64,000 nt of DNA from the human T2T-CHM13v2.0 reference genome, Homo sapiens (GCF_009914755.1 NC_060938.1), one strand, 5' to 3'. Positions 1 to 21,019 are shown, counted from the stretch's first letter. The notes: generated by a model from the sequence alone, not told the origin. Numbers and translations: made by a program.

Positions 1-491
1 TCTCAAAAAAAAAAAAAAAAAAAACGGAGTAATTATCAAAATATCGAACAACTGCTTTTCGTCATCATAAACATAAAAATCAGGCAATAAACAACTGAAA
101 CTTATGACAAATATTAAACAAACAAGACAATTTCATCACTCTGCCGGTGGTGTTCCCTGTTATAGGCCTGGTGGTTTATGGAGCCTGGTACACCCAACTG
201 CAGGAAGCTCTCGGCTCTTCATTGCTTTGCTCTTCACAAGCAGACGTGCCCAGGCTGGCACAACACTGCAACATCCGCTTGACACACCCATCTCGGTGCC
301 AGCTGGGCTTAGAGATGCTGGGAGGAGCTTGTGCCAAAGTCTGCACAAAATTGAGTTTAGAAAAAATTACTGCCGGGCGCGGTGGCTCACGCCTGTAATC
401 CCAGCACTTTGGGAGGCTGAGGCGGGCAGATCACCTGAGGTTGGGAATTCGGGACCAGCCTGACCAACATGGAGAAACCCTGTCTCTACTA

Positions 492-1690
<1,199 letters not shown>

Positions 1691-3412
1691 TTCTTTCCTT
1701 TTTTCTTTTTTTCTTTTTTTTTTTTTTGAGATGGAGTCTCGCTCTGTCACCCAGGCTAGAGTGCAGTGGCATGATTTAGGCTCACTGCACCCTCCACCTC
1801 CCTGGTTCAAGCGATTCTCCTGCCTCAGCCTCCTGAGTAGCTGGAATTACAAGCGTGTGCCATCATGCCTGGCTAATTTTTTGTATTTTTAGTAGAGACG
1901 GGGTTTCACCGTGTTAGCCAGGATGGTCTTGATCTCCTGACCTCGTGATCCACCCGCCCCAGCCTCCCAAAGTGCTGAGATTACAGGTGTGAGCCACCGT
2001 GCCCGGCCTAAAATTTTTCTAAAATATAAAATCTATTAATAAAAAAAAAATTGGCTGCCCTCTTAAGAAATTAGTTTACCTGGTGATGCAACTTAGATCA
2101 CCAAGGTCTTGACATGATAAAAGTAAGTATTTAACGCATTTATATTGTTATGGACTAAACTTTTTCATATACATTTTTAGAGACAGAGTCTTGCTATGAC
2201 ACCCAGGTTGGATAGAGTGCAGTGGCTATTCACAGGTACGATCACAGTGTATTAAAACCCCGAACTCCTGGGCTCAAGTGATCCTCCCACCTCAGCCTCC
2301 CAAGTAGCTAAGACTATAGGCACATGGCACCATACTTGGCTAATTTTTCAATTTTTTTTGTAGAGACAAGGTCTCGCTATGTTGCCCAGGCTGGTCTTGA
2401 ACTCAAGCTATCCTCCCGCCTCAGCCTGCCAAAGTGCTGGGATTACAGGTGTGAGCCACCAAACCTGTCCCCTAAACGTTTTAATAGCTGTTTTAAAACG
2501 TATTTAAATAGGGCCAGACGTGGTGGCTCACGTCTGTAATCTCAGCACTTTGGGAGGCCGAGGCAGGAGGATTGCTTGAGCCCAGGAGTTTGAGAGCAGC
2601 CTGAATAACATGGCAAAAGCCCATATTTAAGGAATAAAAAAATACAAAAAAAATTAGCTGGGCATGGTGGCATGCGCCCATAGTCTCAGCTACTCTGGAG
2701 GCTGAGATGGGACCTAGGGGAGGTCAAGGCTGCAATGAGCCAAGATCATGCCACTGCACTCCAGCCTGGCTGACAGAGTGAGACCCTGTCTCAGACAAAA
2801 AAAAAAAAAAAGAAAAGAAAAAAGAAAAAAAATTAAATATAATTGTAATGAGATTCTAATCTTTCCATTGGCACTGCTGAATGACCTCAGAGTAGCTGAG
2901 CACAGTTTGAAATCCACTGATCCGCCCTGATGGAAGGGAAAGAAAAGGTCCTTAGTCTTCGTCTCTAAAACTCTCTGGATCTCTAAGGTGGAGGAAAAAC
3001 TCCATATGTCAAGGCAAAGCACCTAAAATCAACTCAATGATTTCCCCGTCCCTCCCACCACCACCCAAGACACTGTATGAGCAACTGTTTGAAGCCAAGG
3101 CTGCAGTTGTCTTTGTCCTGCATCTGCCTGTCAAGCCCAGCGCTCCCCAGCCGCGGGAAGGGCAGAAAGCTGGAATTAAGTGGGGCAACAGATGGTTGGG
3201 ACATGGCCTCTGGATGCTCAGCTGCACTGTCCAGCCTGCCAAGCTGTGTACATTTCAAACGTTTGGGGTTCAACCAAAGGAGACGAATAATGATTTTAAA
3301 TTACTTGCTGAAACACATGGTTAATCCCTGGGTAGCCAGAGAAGAGTGCTTTAAAACCCTACTTAAATCTAGTGGGGGAGCAAGGAAACCCCGTGTGCTT
3401 TCTCGCCTTTGA

Positions 3413-4005
<593 letters not shown>

Positions 4006-4499
4006 AGGTCCTTCTTATTTCTTGCATGGATGTTGCCAACAGTCTTCGGTTTCTTCTCAGTCCTGTGTCAGTAGGCTCTCCTACTACACAGGGGCGTCTC
4101 GTTATTACACAGCATCTCCCATCTTGACTATACCCATTCCTCGCCTCTGCATCTCTTTCCAACTTCTTGAAATAGTAGTCAGGGCCAGGTGCGGAGGCTC
4201 ACGCCTGTAATCCTAATGCTTTGGTAGGCTGAGGCAGAAGGATCGTTTGAGGCCAGGAGTTGGCGGCCAGCCAGGGCAACATAGTTGGACACTGTCTTCA
4301 CAAAAAAAAAAAAAATTAAAAATTAGCCCAGCGTGGTGGCACACACCTGTACCCCCAGTAACTCTGGAGGCTGAGGTGGGAGGATCACTTCAGCCCAGGA
4401 GTTCAAGGCTGCAATGAGCTATGATTCTGCCACTGCATTCCAGCCTGGGTGACAGCGCGAGACCCTGTCTCAAAAAAAAGGAAAAAAAGAAAGAGTCTG

Positions 4500-5370
4500 C
4501 TCTCTCTGGTTTCATTCTTCCTGTTCACTCATCTGTCCCTACTGTTCCACTGAAACTTCCCTTGTAAAGGTCACCAGCAACTTATACGTTGCAAAATCTA
4601 ATGGGTCTACCTCTGCCATCGTAAAACTTGACCCTTCAGTAGCATTTGACACAGTTGACCACTTCCTCCTTCTTGAGGCATTCTTCCTTCTTCGTTTTAA
4701 CGATGATACTCTCTCCTGGTTTTCCTCTACCTCTATGGCTATAGAGATAGACTCTTCTCAGTCTCCTTGGCAGGCTTCTCCTTTACCTGACCATTAGTGT
4801 TGGGGTACTTTAGGGCTTGGTTCTGAAATAGCATCTAGTCGCTGTCTAAAGCTCTCAAAATGATCTCATCTACTCCAGAGCTCTAAATACCACCAAAATA
4901 CTGATGACCCCCAATTTTACATCTCCATGCCTGAGCCCAGACTCATCCATCCTCCTCTTGCTTTATGTCTCCACCTGGCTAACAGGCACTTCCAATCATG
5001 CATTTCCACAATCGAGCTCTTCATTCTCTTTATCCTCAAAATCTCTCCCTCTCCTCTCCCCTCCCTTTCACCCCTTTAGCTTCTTTATCCATCTATTTGC
5101 ACAGGGCAAATTCTAGAAGTCATTTTTCATTCTTCCTTTTCCCTCATCCCACACATCCAGCCCATCACCATGTTTAGTCAGTTATATTAAATACCTCTTG
5201 TCTCTACCTCACTTTTCTTTACATTTCCGCAGACACATTCTTAGTCTAAGCCACCCTCATTTTTCCCCTGGACAACTGAAAAAGCCTCTTTAGTGGCCTC
5301 CCTGCTTCACAACAGTCCCTCCCAAATACATTCTCCACCAGAAGTGAGAATGAACACTTCAAAAATGTAA
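4500..5370 (+). mobile_element. L2 LINE fragment (RT C-terminal region)
   Basis: CCACTGAAACT..GTAAAGGTCACCAGCAAC..CTTGACCCTTCAGTAGCATTTGACACAGTTGACCAC matches the L2 STETAL.KVT.D..DLS.AFDTVDH motif. Confidence 0.85.
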
Positions 5371-5944
5371 TTTGGGGCCAGGTGCAGCGGCTCATGCCTG
5401 TCATCCCAGCACTTTGGGAGGCCGAGGCGGGCAGATCACTTGAAGTCAGGAGTTCGAGACCAGCCTGGCCAACATGGCAAAACCCTGTCTCTACTAAAAA
5501 TACAAAAATTTGCGGGGCATGGTGGCAGTCCTAGCTACTCGGGAGGCTGAGGCATGAGAATCACGTGAATCCAGGAGGCGGAGGTTGCAGTGAGCCAAGA
5601 TCGCACCACTGCACCCCAGCCTGGGCAACAGAACAAGGCGCTGTCTCAAAAAAAAAAAAAAAAAGTAATTTGGTGATATATAGTCATTGTCTCATTAAAG
5701 GGGTATTTATTGAGTGTCTGCTATTGTGCTATGTATCAGACAGTGAACAAGTCTCTGCTCTTGAGAAGCTTACAGTCTCATGCTGAGAGACAAGCAATAA
5801 ACATAATTAAATTCATATGTTAGAAGGTGATAACCGCATGGAAAAAAGTAGATCAGGTAAGGGGATCTCAGGGAACATAGGTCTATGTGTTTGTTGCAGG
5901 GGGTTGTAATTTTAAATTGGGGAGTAGGAAATGTTTGATCTCTA

Positions 5945-7830
<1,886 letters not shown>

Positions 7831-8410
7831 GAGAAAAAGAGACGGAATTTGGTTTAGATTCTGATTCAGTAAATCAAGGGTAGGTGCAGCCACTACAAAA
7901 ATTAGTCTGGCTTCTGAGAATCGCCCTTCCTCTGACTCCAGGCTTCCCCTGGGCTTTCACGTCATAGTGCAGCAACACCAAACCACTTTGAATTGAGGCC
8001 CCTTAGAGGCAATCTTGAGAGATGCTTGGGGCCAAGTCTTGTTTCACTAAACCAGATTACAAGTGGAGGGGTGATGTGAGGAGGGGAGAAAAAGCTAAGA
8101 TCTTAGTTTTTGGGATGGGATGAGATGAGAGCTGAGGTGCAGCAACTGCAATGGGAGAGGGCACTTTGGGGAAGGAAGCAGAGATGTTTTTAAAAGGCGA
8201 TGATTGGGAAGTTTTGTTGGTGATGTGTGATGTCTGCCCCTCCTTTTCCTGCTCATGCCTTTGGAGCGGGTAATTTGGATGCTGGGCTGGATCTACAGGG
8301 CTTAGAAGTGTGGTTGAAGGCTGAGTGTGGTGGCTCACGCCTGTAATCCTAGCGCTTTGGGAGGCCAAGGTAAGTGGATCACTTGAGGTCAAGAGTTCGA
8401 GACCAGCCTA

Positions 8411-8901
<491 letters not shown>

Positions 8902-9250
8902 TCAAAAAAAAAAAAAAAAAGAAGAAGAAGGGTGGACGAAGAAGTCATGGCTACCTTCAGGCCATATCACACCAGTTTCTATTTAGATCTGTCTCCCTGC
9001 CATGAACCCCTCAAGGGCACAGACTGTGTTTCCAGCTTCAGATTTCCTATTGCCTATTAAAGTGTCTGTCACTTCATACATATCTGGTGAATAAATGAAT
9101 GAATGAATGAGTGAATAAAGCCTCCTCATTTGCAGAGATGGTGGTCTTCTGATATAACAAATTGTGCTCATCAGATATACAATTGCCTTATGGAACACTG
9201 AATTTAACCTTTGCTATGTCCACACACCAGGAAGGAATATTCTAGACTTA

Positions 9251-9517
<267 letters not shown>

Positions 9518-9545
9518 CTAGGCAATAGGGCAAGACCCTGTCTCA

Positions 9546-9680
9546 AAAAAAAAAAAGAAGAAAAGAAAGAAAGAAAGGAAAGGAAGGAAGGAAGGAAAGA
9601 AGGAAGGAAGGGGAAGGAAGGAGAAGGAAAGAGAAGGAAAGGAAAAGAAAGAAAGAAAGGAAAGAAAAGAAAAGAAAAAA
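9546..9680 (+). repeat. GA-rich low-complexity tract (Alu tail expansion)
   Basis: (GAAA)n/(GGAA)n mosaic after the Alu 3' end. Confidence 0.9.
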
Positions 9681-11240
9681 TGCACAGAACATATTTGGAC
9701 AATTTAACAAATAATTACAAAGCAGCTCTCTGTGTAACCAACACTTGCGTCAAGAAATAGTAATGACCGGGTATGGCAGTTCATGCCTGTTATCCCAACA
9801 CTTGGGGAGGCCAAAGTGGGAGGATTGCTTGAGCCCAGGAGTTAAAGACTGCAGTGAATTATGATTGCACCACTGCACTCCAGCCTGGGTGGCAGAGCGA
9901 GACCCTGTCTCAAGAAAAGAAAAAGAGAGAGAGAGAGGGAGGGAGGAAGGGAGAGAGAGAGAGAGAGAGAAAAGAAAAGAAAAGAAGGAAAGTAGGTTCA
10001 GTTCACTGGGTCAGAAGCCCTGGAGTCACTCTCCCAGGCATCTTGAGACGCTTTCCTATGTGAATGGAAAGCCCAGCTTGCTTCCTGTTTTCTCTTGCAG
10101 TTCAGCTTTGTGAGTGTCTGTAGTGTATGTGTCTTGTGATGTGTTATGGGAGCTGTGATGAGGCTTACATCACAACCAGAAGATGACCTTGGAAGGAGAA
10201 CCCTGGACAAGGCAGGAAAAATAATGAGGGCAATCAAGAGTCTGGAAAGCCCTGGCAGCTATGAAAGGTTTGAGCCATGCACCAGTCACCATCTATGTAC
10301 TCAAGAGAAAGAAAGAAGAGATGAAAGATACCGCTCCCTTCACCCCGCGCCTCTATCTAGAGGAAAGAATAACACAAAGAAAAAAAAACATGAGAGAAAG
10401 GCTGCCTCTTGAGAACCCTGGGCTTGACTTAAAAGGTTCTCCTTCTATGACCATGACGTAATAAGTCATTTTTTATATCTGAATAACATTGTTCTTCTAC
10501 AGCATCATCTTATGAGCTATAAATGTATCCCGTTGATACTGCCACTAAAATATTTTGGGTTTTTTTTCCTGAGGTTTTTAGAGGAAAAAATCAGGACTTA
10601 ATCTTTTTTTTTCCTGCTTAATCATACATTTTATTCCTCAGACATGGTTCAGAAGGACTCTGGATGGTCCAAAAACTCATATTCGCCTGCAAAGGTGGAG
10701 GTTGTAACCACCGGGAACATGCTATGAGTTAGGCAGACATTATTCAGTGAGGAGGCCTAGAAAGGCATAGAGGCGGCAGCAGCACAGGTGCAGTAATGAG
10801 AAGGCGCCCCAGGCTGCAGACTCCGTGAGGGCAGAGACCATCCACCATTGACACACAGTAGGTGTGCTGTAAAGTTTGTTGAATGAATAAATGAAAGAAA
10901 GAGAAAGACTATCACATATATGGAAGTGTAAGTTCTTCAGTGTCTTTTAAAAACTAGAAAAAAGGGCTGGGTGCAGTGGCTCATGTCTGTTATCTCCCTT
11001 AACAGGAGGATTGCTTGAGGCCAGGAGCTTAAGACCAGCCTGGGCAAAAAATTGAGACCCATCTCTATAAAAAAATTAAAAAATTAGCTGGGTGTGGTGG
11101 TGCACATTTGTAGTCCCAGCCAGCTACTCGAGAGGCTGAGGTGGGAGGATCACTCGAGTCCACAAGTTTGACACTGCAATGAGCTGTAATCACCCCACTA
11201 TACCTAAGCCTGGGTGGACAGACTGAAACCTTATCTCCAA

Positions 11241-11276
11241 AATATATATATATGTGTATATATATATGTATATGTG

Positions 11277-11309
<33 letters not shown>

Positions 11310-11337
11310 ATATGTATGTATGTATATATATATATAC
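11241..11337. repeat. (TA)n/(TG)n compound microsatellite
   Basis: Directly visible. Confidence 0.95.
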
Positions 11338-11473
11338 TGGGTGCAGTGGTTCATGCCTGTAATCCCAACACTTTGGGAGGCTTTGGGAGGCTGAGACAGA
11401 AGGATTGCTTGAGCCCAAGAGTTCAAAACGAGCCTGGGCAACATATTGAGACCCTGTCTCTATTTCTATTTAA

Positions 11474-12183
<710 letters not shown>

Positions 12184-12452
12184 TTATCCATTATTTGAGT
12201 CTCACATAGGACCTGAAAATGACATTTCCAGGTGCTTCTCAAGGAAGCTGAGTCCATTTCACCAGAGTAAGAGGTCCTAGAGCCAGCACCAGACTCCATC
12301 AGGAAACCAGCACTCTCGGGAACAGCATTGGAATCCCAGGGAATTTAAAGGTATTTTTGTTGTTGTTGTTGTTCTTAATGGAAACAACCCTTCAAGTAAA
12401 GACTACAAACTTCTTTTGTGTGCAAGCTGATAGCGCCTCAGCTTTGGGACGC

Positions 12453-13492
<1,040 letters not shown>

Positions 13493-13658
13493 GACATTTG
13501 GAGGAACATGCTCCAGTTAAAACTGAGTTGAATTCAGTTTCTCAATTGACAAAGAGAATCAAATTGTTACCTGCTTAGTCACTGCGTTCCACCTGAATCT
13601 GATGACCCTTTTCTGTACTCTGGTACCTACTTTCATCATAGCACCTGTCGTACTATAG

Positions 13659-14054
<396 letters not shown>

Positions 14055-14962
14055 TAGGCACGAAAGCTTACTGAATCAAATGAATGTCATATCATGAATC
14101 ACTTTGGAGATAGTCGATGACTACTTACACAAGTCAGTCTCCTTAAAAGCTACACAATTTCTGCTTAGTGCCCTTAATAGCTCTCTGTCTGCTCACACCT
14201 TGTTCCAGGCAACCTATAGAATTGGCTGTGCTCTTTAATTCAGGAAATACCTTGGCTCCCACCTTCCTGCCCATCCTTCTTGCTCAATTCCAGTTGCCTC
14301 AGTTTCCCTGGGTTGCCACCTACCAGGAGTTTTCCCAGTGAACAGTGACGATGGGTGTTGGTTCCATTTCTGCCCGTGGGTGCCTCCTCCTGACTGCCCT
14401 CACTCCTACCTTGGCAGCTGGTGCATGAGCCAGGCCTGGTCACCCCACCCAAGTCACTACTCAGCACTCCGGGCTCCTGCTCAGCTGAGAGATGGGATCA
14501 GACAGTCTGTGACCTCCCTTTATTTTTTTATTTATTGAAGTCCTCCTAATTTATGTATTTATTTTGACACCTTTATTGAGATATGGTTCAAATATCCATA
14601 AAATCTCCCTTTTTAAAGTGTGCAATATAGTAGCTTTAGTGTATGCACAGAGCTGTGCAACCGTCAGCATTTCCTAACTCCAGAGCATTTTCATCGCCCC
14701 CCAGGAGAAACCCCATATCCATTAGCAGTCACTCTCCATTCCTACTTCCCCTTAGGCCTTGGCTACCACTAATCTACTTTCCATCTTTGTGGATTTGCCT
14801 ATTCTAGATATTTTATATGAATGGAATAATACAATATGTATGGTTTTATGTATGGTTTCTTTTATATATGGTTTCTTTCTGTTTGAGACAGGGTCTTCTA
14901 TGTATGGTTTCTTTCTTTCTTTTTGAGACAGGGTCTCTCGCTCTGTCGCCTAGGCTGCCTAG

Positions 14963-15239
<277 letters not shown>

Positions 15240-15272
15240 TAGCATAAAGTTTTCTTTCTTTCTTTCTTTCTT

Positions 15273-15577
15273 TTTTTTTTTTTTTTTTTTTTTTTGAGAC
15301 AGAGTCTCGCTCTGTCGCCCAGGCTGGAGTGCAGTGGCGCGATCTCCGGCTCACTGCAAGCTCTGCCTCCCGGGTTCACACCATTCTCCTGCCTCAGCCT
15401 CCCAAGTAGCTGGGACTACAGGTGCCCGCCACTACGCCCAGCTAATTTTTTGTATTTTTAGTAGAGACGGGGTTTCACCGTGTTAGCCAGGATGGTCTCG
15501 ATCTCCTGAACTCGTGATCTGCCCGCCTCGGCCTCCCAAAGTGCTGGGATTACAGGCGTGAGCCACCGCACCCGGCC
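15273..15577 (-). mobile_element. AluY inserted in an old L1M
   Basis: CACTGCAAGCT, CACACCATTCTCC and CCGTGTTAGCCAGGATGG diagnostics. Confidence 0.8.
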
Positions 15578-15663
15578 CTTCCTTCCTTCCTTCCTTCCTT
15601 CCTTCCTTCCTTCCTTTCTTTCTCTCTCTCTTTCTTTCTTTCTTTTTTCTTTTCTTTTTTTTT
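15578..15663. repeat. (CCTT)n/(CT)n/(CTTT)n tract
   Basis: Directly visible. Confidence 0.9.
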
Positions 15664-15665
15664 GA

Positions 15666-15959
<294 letters not shown>

Positions 15960-18900
15960 TGAGTAACTGGGGCTACAGGCACACACCACCACACCCAGCT
16001 AACTTTTGTATTTTTTTGACAGAGACGGGGTTTCACCATGTTGCCCAGGCTGGCATAATGTTTTCAAGGTTCATCTGTGTTGTAGCCTGTATCAGTACTT
16101 CATTGCTTTTTATGGTTTAATGAATAAATAAAACATAAGTTCATACCACGTTTATTTACCCACTCATCAGCTGAGGAACATTTATTTGGGCTGTTTCCAC
16201 TTTTTGGCCATAATGAATAATGTTGCTATAAACATTCATGTACAAGCTTTTGTTGGAAAATATGTTTTTAACTCTCTTCGAATGGGATTGCTAGGTCACA
16301 AGGTAACTTTTTGTTTTAACTCTGAAGAACTGCCAGATTGTTTTCCAAAAATTGTGTACCATTTTACATTCTCATCAACAATGTGTAAGGGTTTGATTTC
16401 TCCAAATCTTTGACAAAATTTAGTATTATCTATCTTATAGCCATTCTAGTGGGCATAAAATGGTATCTATTGTGGCTTTGACTGGCATTTCCCTGATGGC
16501 TAATGATACTGAGTATCTTTTCATGTGTTTATTGAACATTTGTAGGTCTATCCCTTTGTCCACTTTCAAAATTGAGTTATTTGTTTTTTTATTGTTGAGT
16601 TGTGAGAGTTTTTATATTCTGGCTACAATTCTCTTAAGATATATGATTTGCAAATATTTTCTTCCATCCTGTGGGTTGTCTTTTTACTTTCTTGATGGTA
16701 TTCTTTGGAACGCAAAAGTTTTACTTTGATGAAGTCCAATTTATCTATTTTTTAATTTTGTCGCTTGTGCTTTTGATGAGATATCTGAGAAACTGTTGCC
16801 TAATCCAAGGTTTTGTTGATTTACTGCTATATTTTCTTCTAAGAGTTTTATAGTTTTTAGCTCTTAACATTCATTCATTATCCCTTCCCTTCATCTTTAG
16901 TTTATCATCTCCTAAGGGTAAATGCAGTTTACAGCAGATTTGTTTGGTGTAATCTTCTCTATATCATCTGTTGCTGTCTTTATCCTGGGATGAGCCATCT
17001 CCTTAATAAAGCTGTTCATATTTAGTTCTGTGAAACAGACATTCATAACTTCAACAACCTTTGCCTTCCATCCTGTCAAAAAACAAACACATATGTAATA
17101 AAATATGCTTTCCAACTTCCAGTCAGCTTTGTCTGCCCTACCACAGACAAAGACTGGAGTTCCTCCAGGCATTGACAGCTTTGGAGGTGGTTTGAAGGTT
17201 GGTGGTTTAAAGCAGGACCATCTCCTGTGACCTAAATCCTGAGGAAGAAAGAATACAACTGCAGAACTCTTCAGAGGGGCCCTTGCTGCTTGGCAAGCTG
17301 TCACCCCACCACAAACCTGACCACCCAGGGCCCTTTCTGCATCTGTGGCCCATTGTTCCTGGGGTTTTGATTATTCAGTTCAGCCATTGTCTGCCAAGAT
17401 GTTTGGGTTTGGAAATTTTTCATTATGCCTTTGAGAAAATAATATCACACTTTCTCTCTGAATTCTGTATTCATTGATCTTTGTAAGTTGGGGGCAAAAT
17501 TAGTTTTTGTTTCCTTGGGCATTGGATATGTATGGTAGTTGATCCCCTCCAAATGGTGTATTTGTTCTCGTATTTGTTGGCAAATCTTTAACTTTTTATT
17601 TATCTGAATCCCTTCCAAAACAAGAAACAATTCACTTTAAAAAAAAAAATCAGACTTCTTTTTTTTTTTTTTTTTTTGAGACGGTGTCTCACTCTGTCGC
17701 CCAAACTGAAAAGCAGTGGCATGATCACAGCTCAGTGCAGCCTTGACCTCAGCCTCCTGAGTAGCTGGGACTACAGGTGCGTGCCACCATGCCTGGCTAA
17801 TTTTTTTGTATTTTGTATTTGTTTTTAGAGACAGGGTTTTGCCATGTTGCCCGAACTCCTGGGCTCAAGGGATATGCCCGCCTTGGCCTCCCAAAGTGCT
17901 GGGATTACACGTGTGAGTCACTGTGCCCAGCCCAAACTATTTTTTATCTGGTTAAGTTTTCTAGGCACTCCTGGAAGAACAGGGCCAGAAAGAAAGTTTA
18001 AATCTGACATGTCTTTGCATATGAAGCCATTGCTTTATTCTTTTTTGAATCAAACCTCCCCAAACAATGTAGTTAGCAAGAGCTACATTTATACATTTCT
18101 ATAATGAGATAATCACTTCCCCTAAGGGAGAAGCAGCTAAAATCTGGCAATCCAAAGACTTCATTTTCTAGTCAGTCACTCCACACAATACATAGACAGC
18201 TCGATCACTTTTCCAAGGGAGATTTTTGAAGCTGATGTGCATCTATTTTCTGTTATCTAATAAATTGAAATCACATTCATTATTCAAAGAGTCGTGACTG
18301 TGTGGCCGGGCGCGGTGGCTCATGCCTGCAGTCGCAGCACTTTGGGAGGCCAAGGCAGGCAGACCACTTGAGGTCAGGAGTTTGAGACCAGCCTGGCCAA
18401 CATGGTGAAACCTCATCTCTACTAAAAATACAAAAATTATCTGGGTGTGGTGGCTGGTGCCTGTAGTCCCAGATACTAGGGAGGCTGAGGCACGAGACTT
18501 GCTTGAACCTGGGGGCGGATGTTGCAGTGAGCCAAGATCGTGCCACTGCACTCCAGCCCGGGCAACAGAGAGTGAGACTCTGTCTCAAAAAAAAAAAAAA
18601 AAAAAAAAAAAAAAAGCCACTGTGTGAGGGAACCTACAAAAGACCACAAAGCACTTGGCTGTCAAAACTCCACAGCCATTCAGAAGTGTGGATCCAGGGA
18701 AGCACTTGGTCCCTTCACTGTTGATTTGTTCACAGAAATGCCAGGCCCTCTGGTCAGAATAGCATTACCAGATCTAAAGCCCAAACAGTGGCATGGGTCT
18801 TGGCCTTGGCCCATCTCAGTGAGTGTTAGGATGCTTTAATGGAAATAACTAGGTTAATAACATGTATGTAAATTTTATTTACCATTGAGCCCTTAAAAGA

Positions 18901-20527
18901 TACCAATGAGGTGTTATTGATCCAGTTGAAATGAAGCAGCTATAAAATGATATGTATAGTATGAATAAATCTTTTAGTAAAGTGTTTGTGTACAAAAAGA
19001 AATACATTAAAATGTTTTATCCAGGTAATAAAAATGTGTTTTTCTCATTTTATACTTTTCCAAAAAAGTTTTTATAGTAAGTATATTTTTACTTTTATAA
19101 TCATAAAGAAAGAAAGTAGGGTAATTCTATTTTGAAAAAAAAATTAGGTCGTTACTTTTAACTCAATTGCATGTTCAGAATTTTGAAAATATGCAGCCAA
19201 GAGCACATATTTGAATCGCTGCTCTGCAGAAAAACTTAATAATCAGCCTTAATGGCTATGAAGCAGGCGGGGCCCAGCCCTAAATTCCAGGTCACAGGGC
19301 AGTTTGCCAGGGCAGCCGGCTCATAGGTGCTTCTGCCCCCCCATGGGCAGCTCTGGAAAGTGCAGGCTCTGGCCTGAGCGTTTCTCCAGGGATAGGACCC
19401 TGGAGAGATGAGTGTTTCAGAACCCAGAGACATTTGGAAAAACTGGCCTCACTGCTCAAAACTGTTCTGGAAGATCTTAAAATGGAGCAACTAATCATGT
19501 AGCAATCCTTTCATACTCCCTACACTCGTATTCAACATATATAGTTATTTTAATTTGCACACTTCGTTCTAGACACTGATGTATGTGTAGAATGTACAGA
19601 TCAAATTATAAATTTCTTTTTGTGTCTCCCTGCCATTAAAAAAAACACAAAACTGTGGATACATAGTAGGTATTTCCCTGCCATTTTTATAGTACAAATT
19701 ATATTGTATTGTACTAATTATATTGTATTGTACTAATTGTATTGTACTTTTATTCTTTTTAATTTTATTTTATTTGAGAGAGAGATTCACTCTGTCACCC
19801 AGGCTGGAGCACAGTGGCACGATGACAGCTCACTGCAGCTTCGACCTCCTGGGCTCAAGTGATTCTCCTGCCTGTGCCTCCCAAGTAGCTGGAACCATAG
19901 GCATGTGCCACCATGCCCAGCTAATTTTTGTATTTTTAAAATCTCCCTATGTTGCCCAGACTTTTGTTATTCTTTTATTTTTATTTTATTTTATTTTAGA
20001 TGGAATCTTGCTCTGTCACCTAGGCTGGAATGCAGTAGCATGATCTCAGCTCACTGCAACCTCTGCCCTCCCCACCCCGGGTTCGAGCAATTGTCCTGTC
20101 TCAGCTTCCTGGGTAGCTGGGATTACAGGCGTGCACACCATGCTCAGCTAAGTTTTGTATTTTTAGTAGAGACAGGGTTTTGCCATGTTGGTCAGGCTGG
20201 TCTTGAACTCCTGACCTCAGGTGATCTACCTGTCTTGGGCTCCCAAAGTGCTGGGATTATAGGCGTGAGCCACTGTGCCTGGTCACTTTTTTTATTCTTT
20301 GACTTGCTTCTTCCTCTATAGATATACCCTGGCAGGGTCAGGACCAGAGTGAGGCAAGCAGAACCCTCTGTGACCCTGAGAATGGCCTCCTAGCACTCTG
20401 TGCCCTTTCTCGGTACATGCAGGTCCACCTCATTCTTGTTACTCCTGCATAGTATTTTATGGTAGAAATGGAACACCACTAACCATTTCATTTTCAATTT
20501 CTAGCTGTTACTAAAATGCTGTGTTGA

Positions 20528-20739
<212 letters not shown>

Positions 20740-20908
20740 TGACCAGGCTGATCTCAAATTCCTGACCTCAAGTGATCCTCCCGCCTTGGCCTCCTAAAGT
20801 GCTGGGATTACAGGCGTGAGCCACTGCACCCAGCCAGATGTCTTTTTATGCATGTAGTAGTTATAATTTTTACTTTAGCATGTATACATTTTATTTTACT
20901 TTTTTTAA

Positions 20909-21019
<111 letters not shown>

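Noticed and set aside
30-370. ORFs 104-463 and 147-398 as a gene fragment
   Set aside because: No recognisable protein or splice structure; the ORFs run into an Alu, and the segment has a hAT-like terminus (CAGTGTTGTGC on the minus strand), so it is probably an old DNA transposon.
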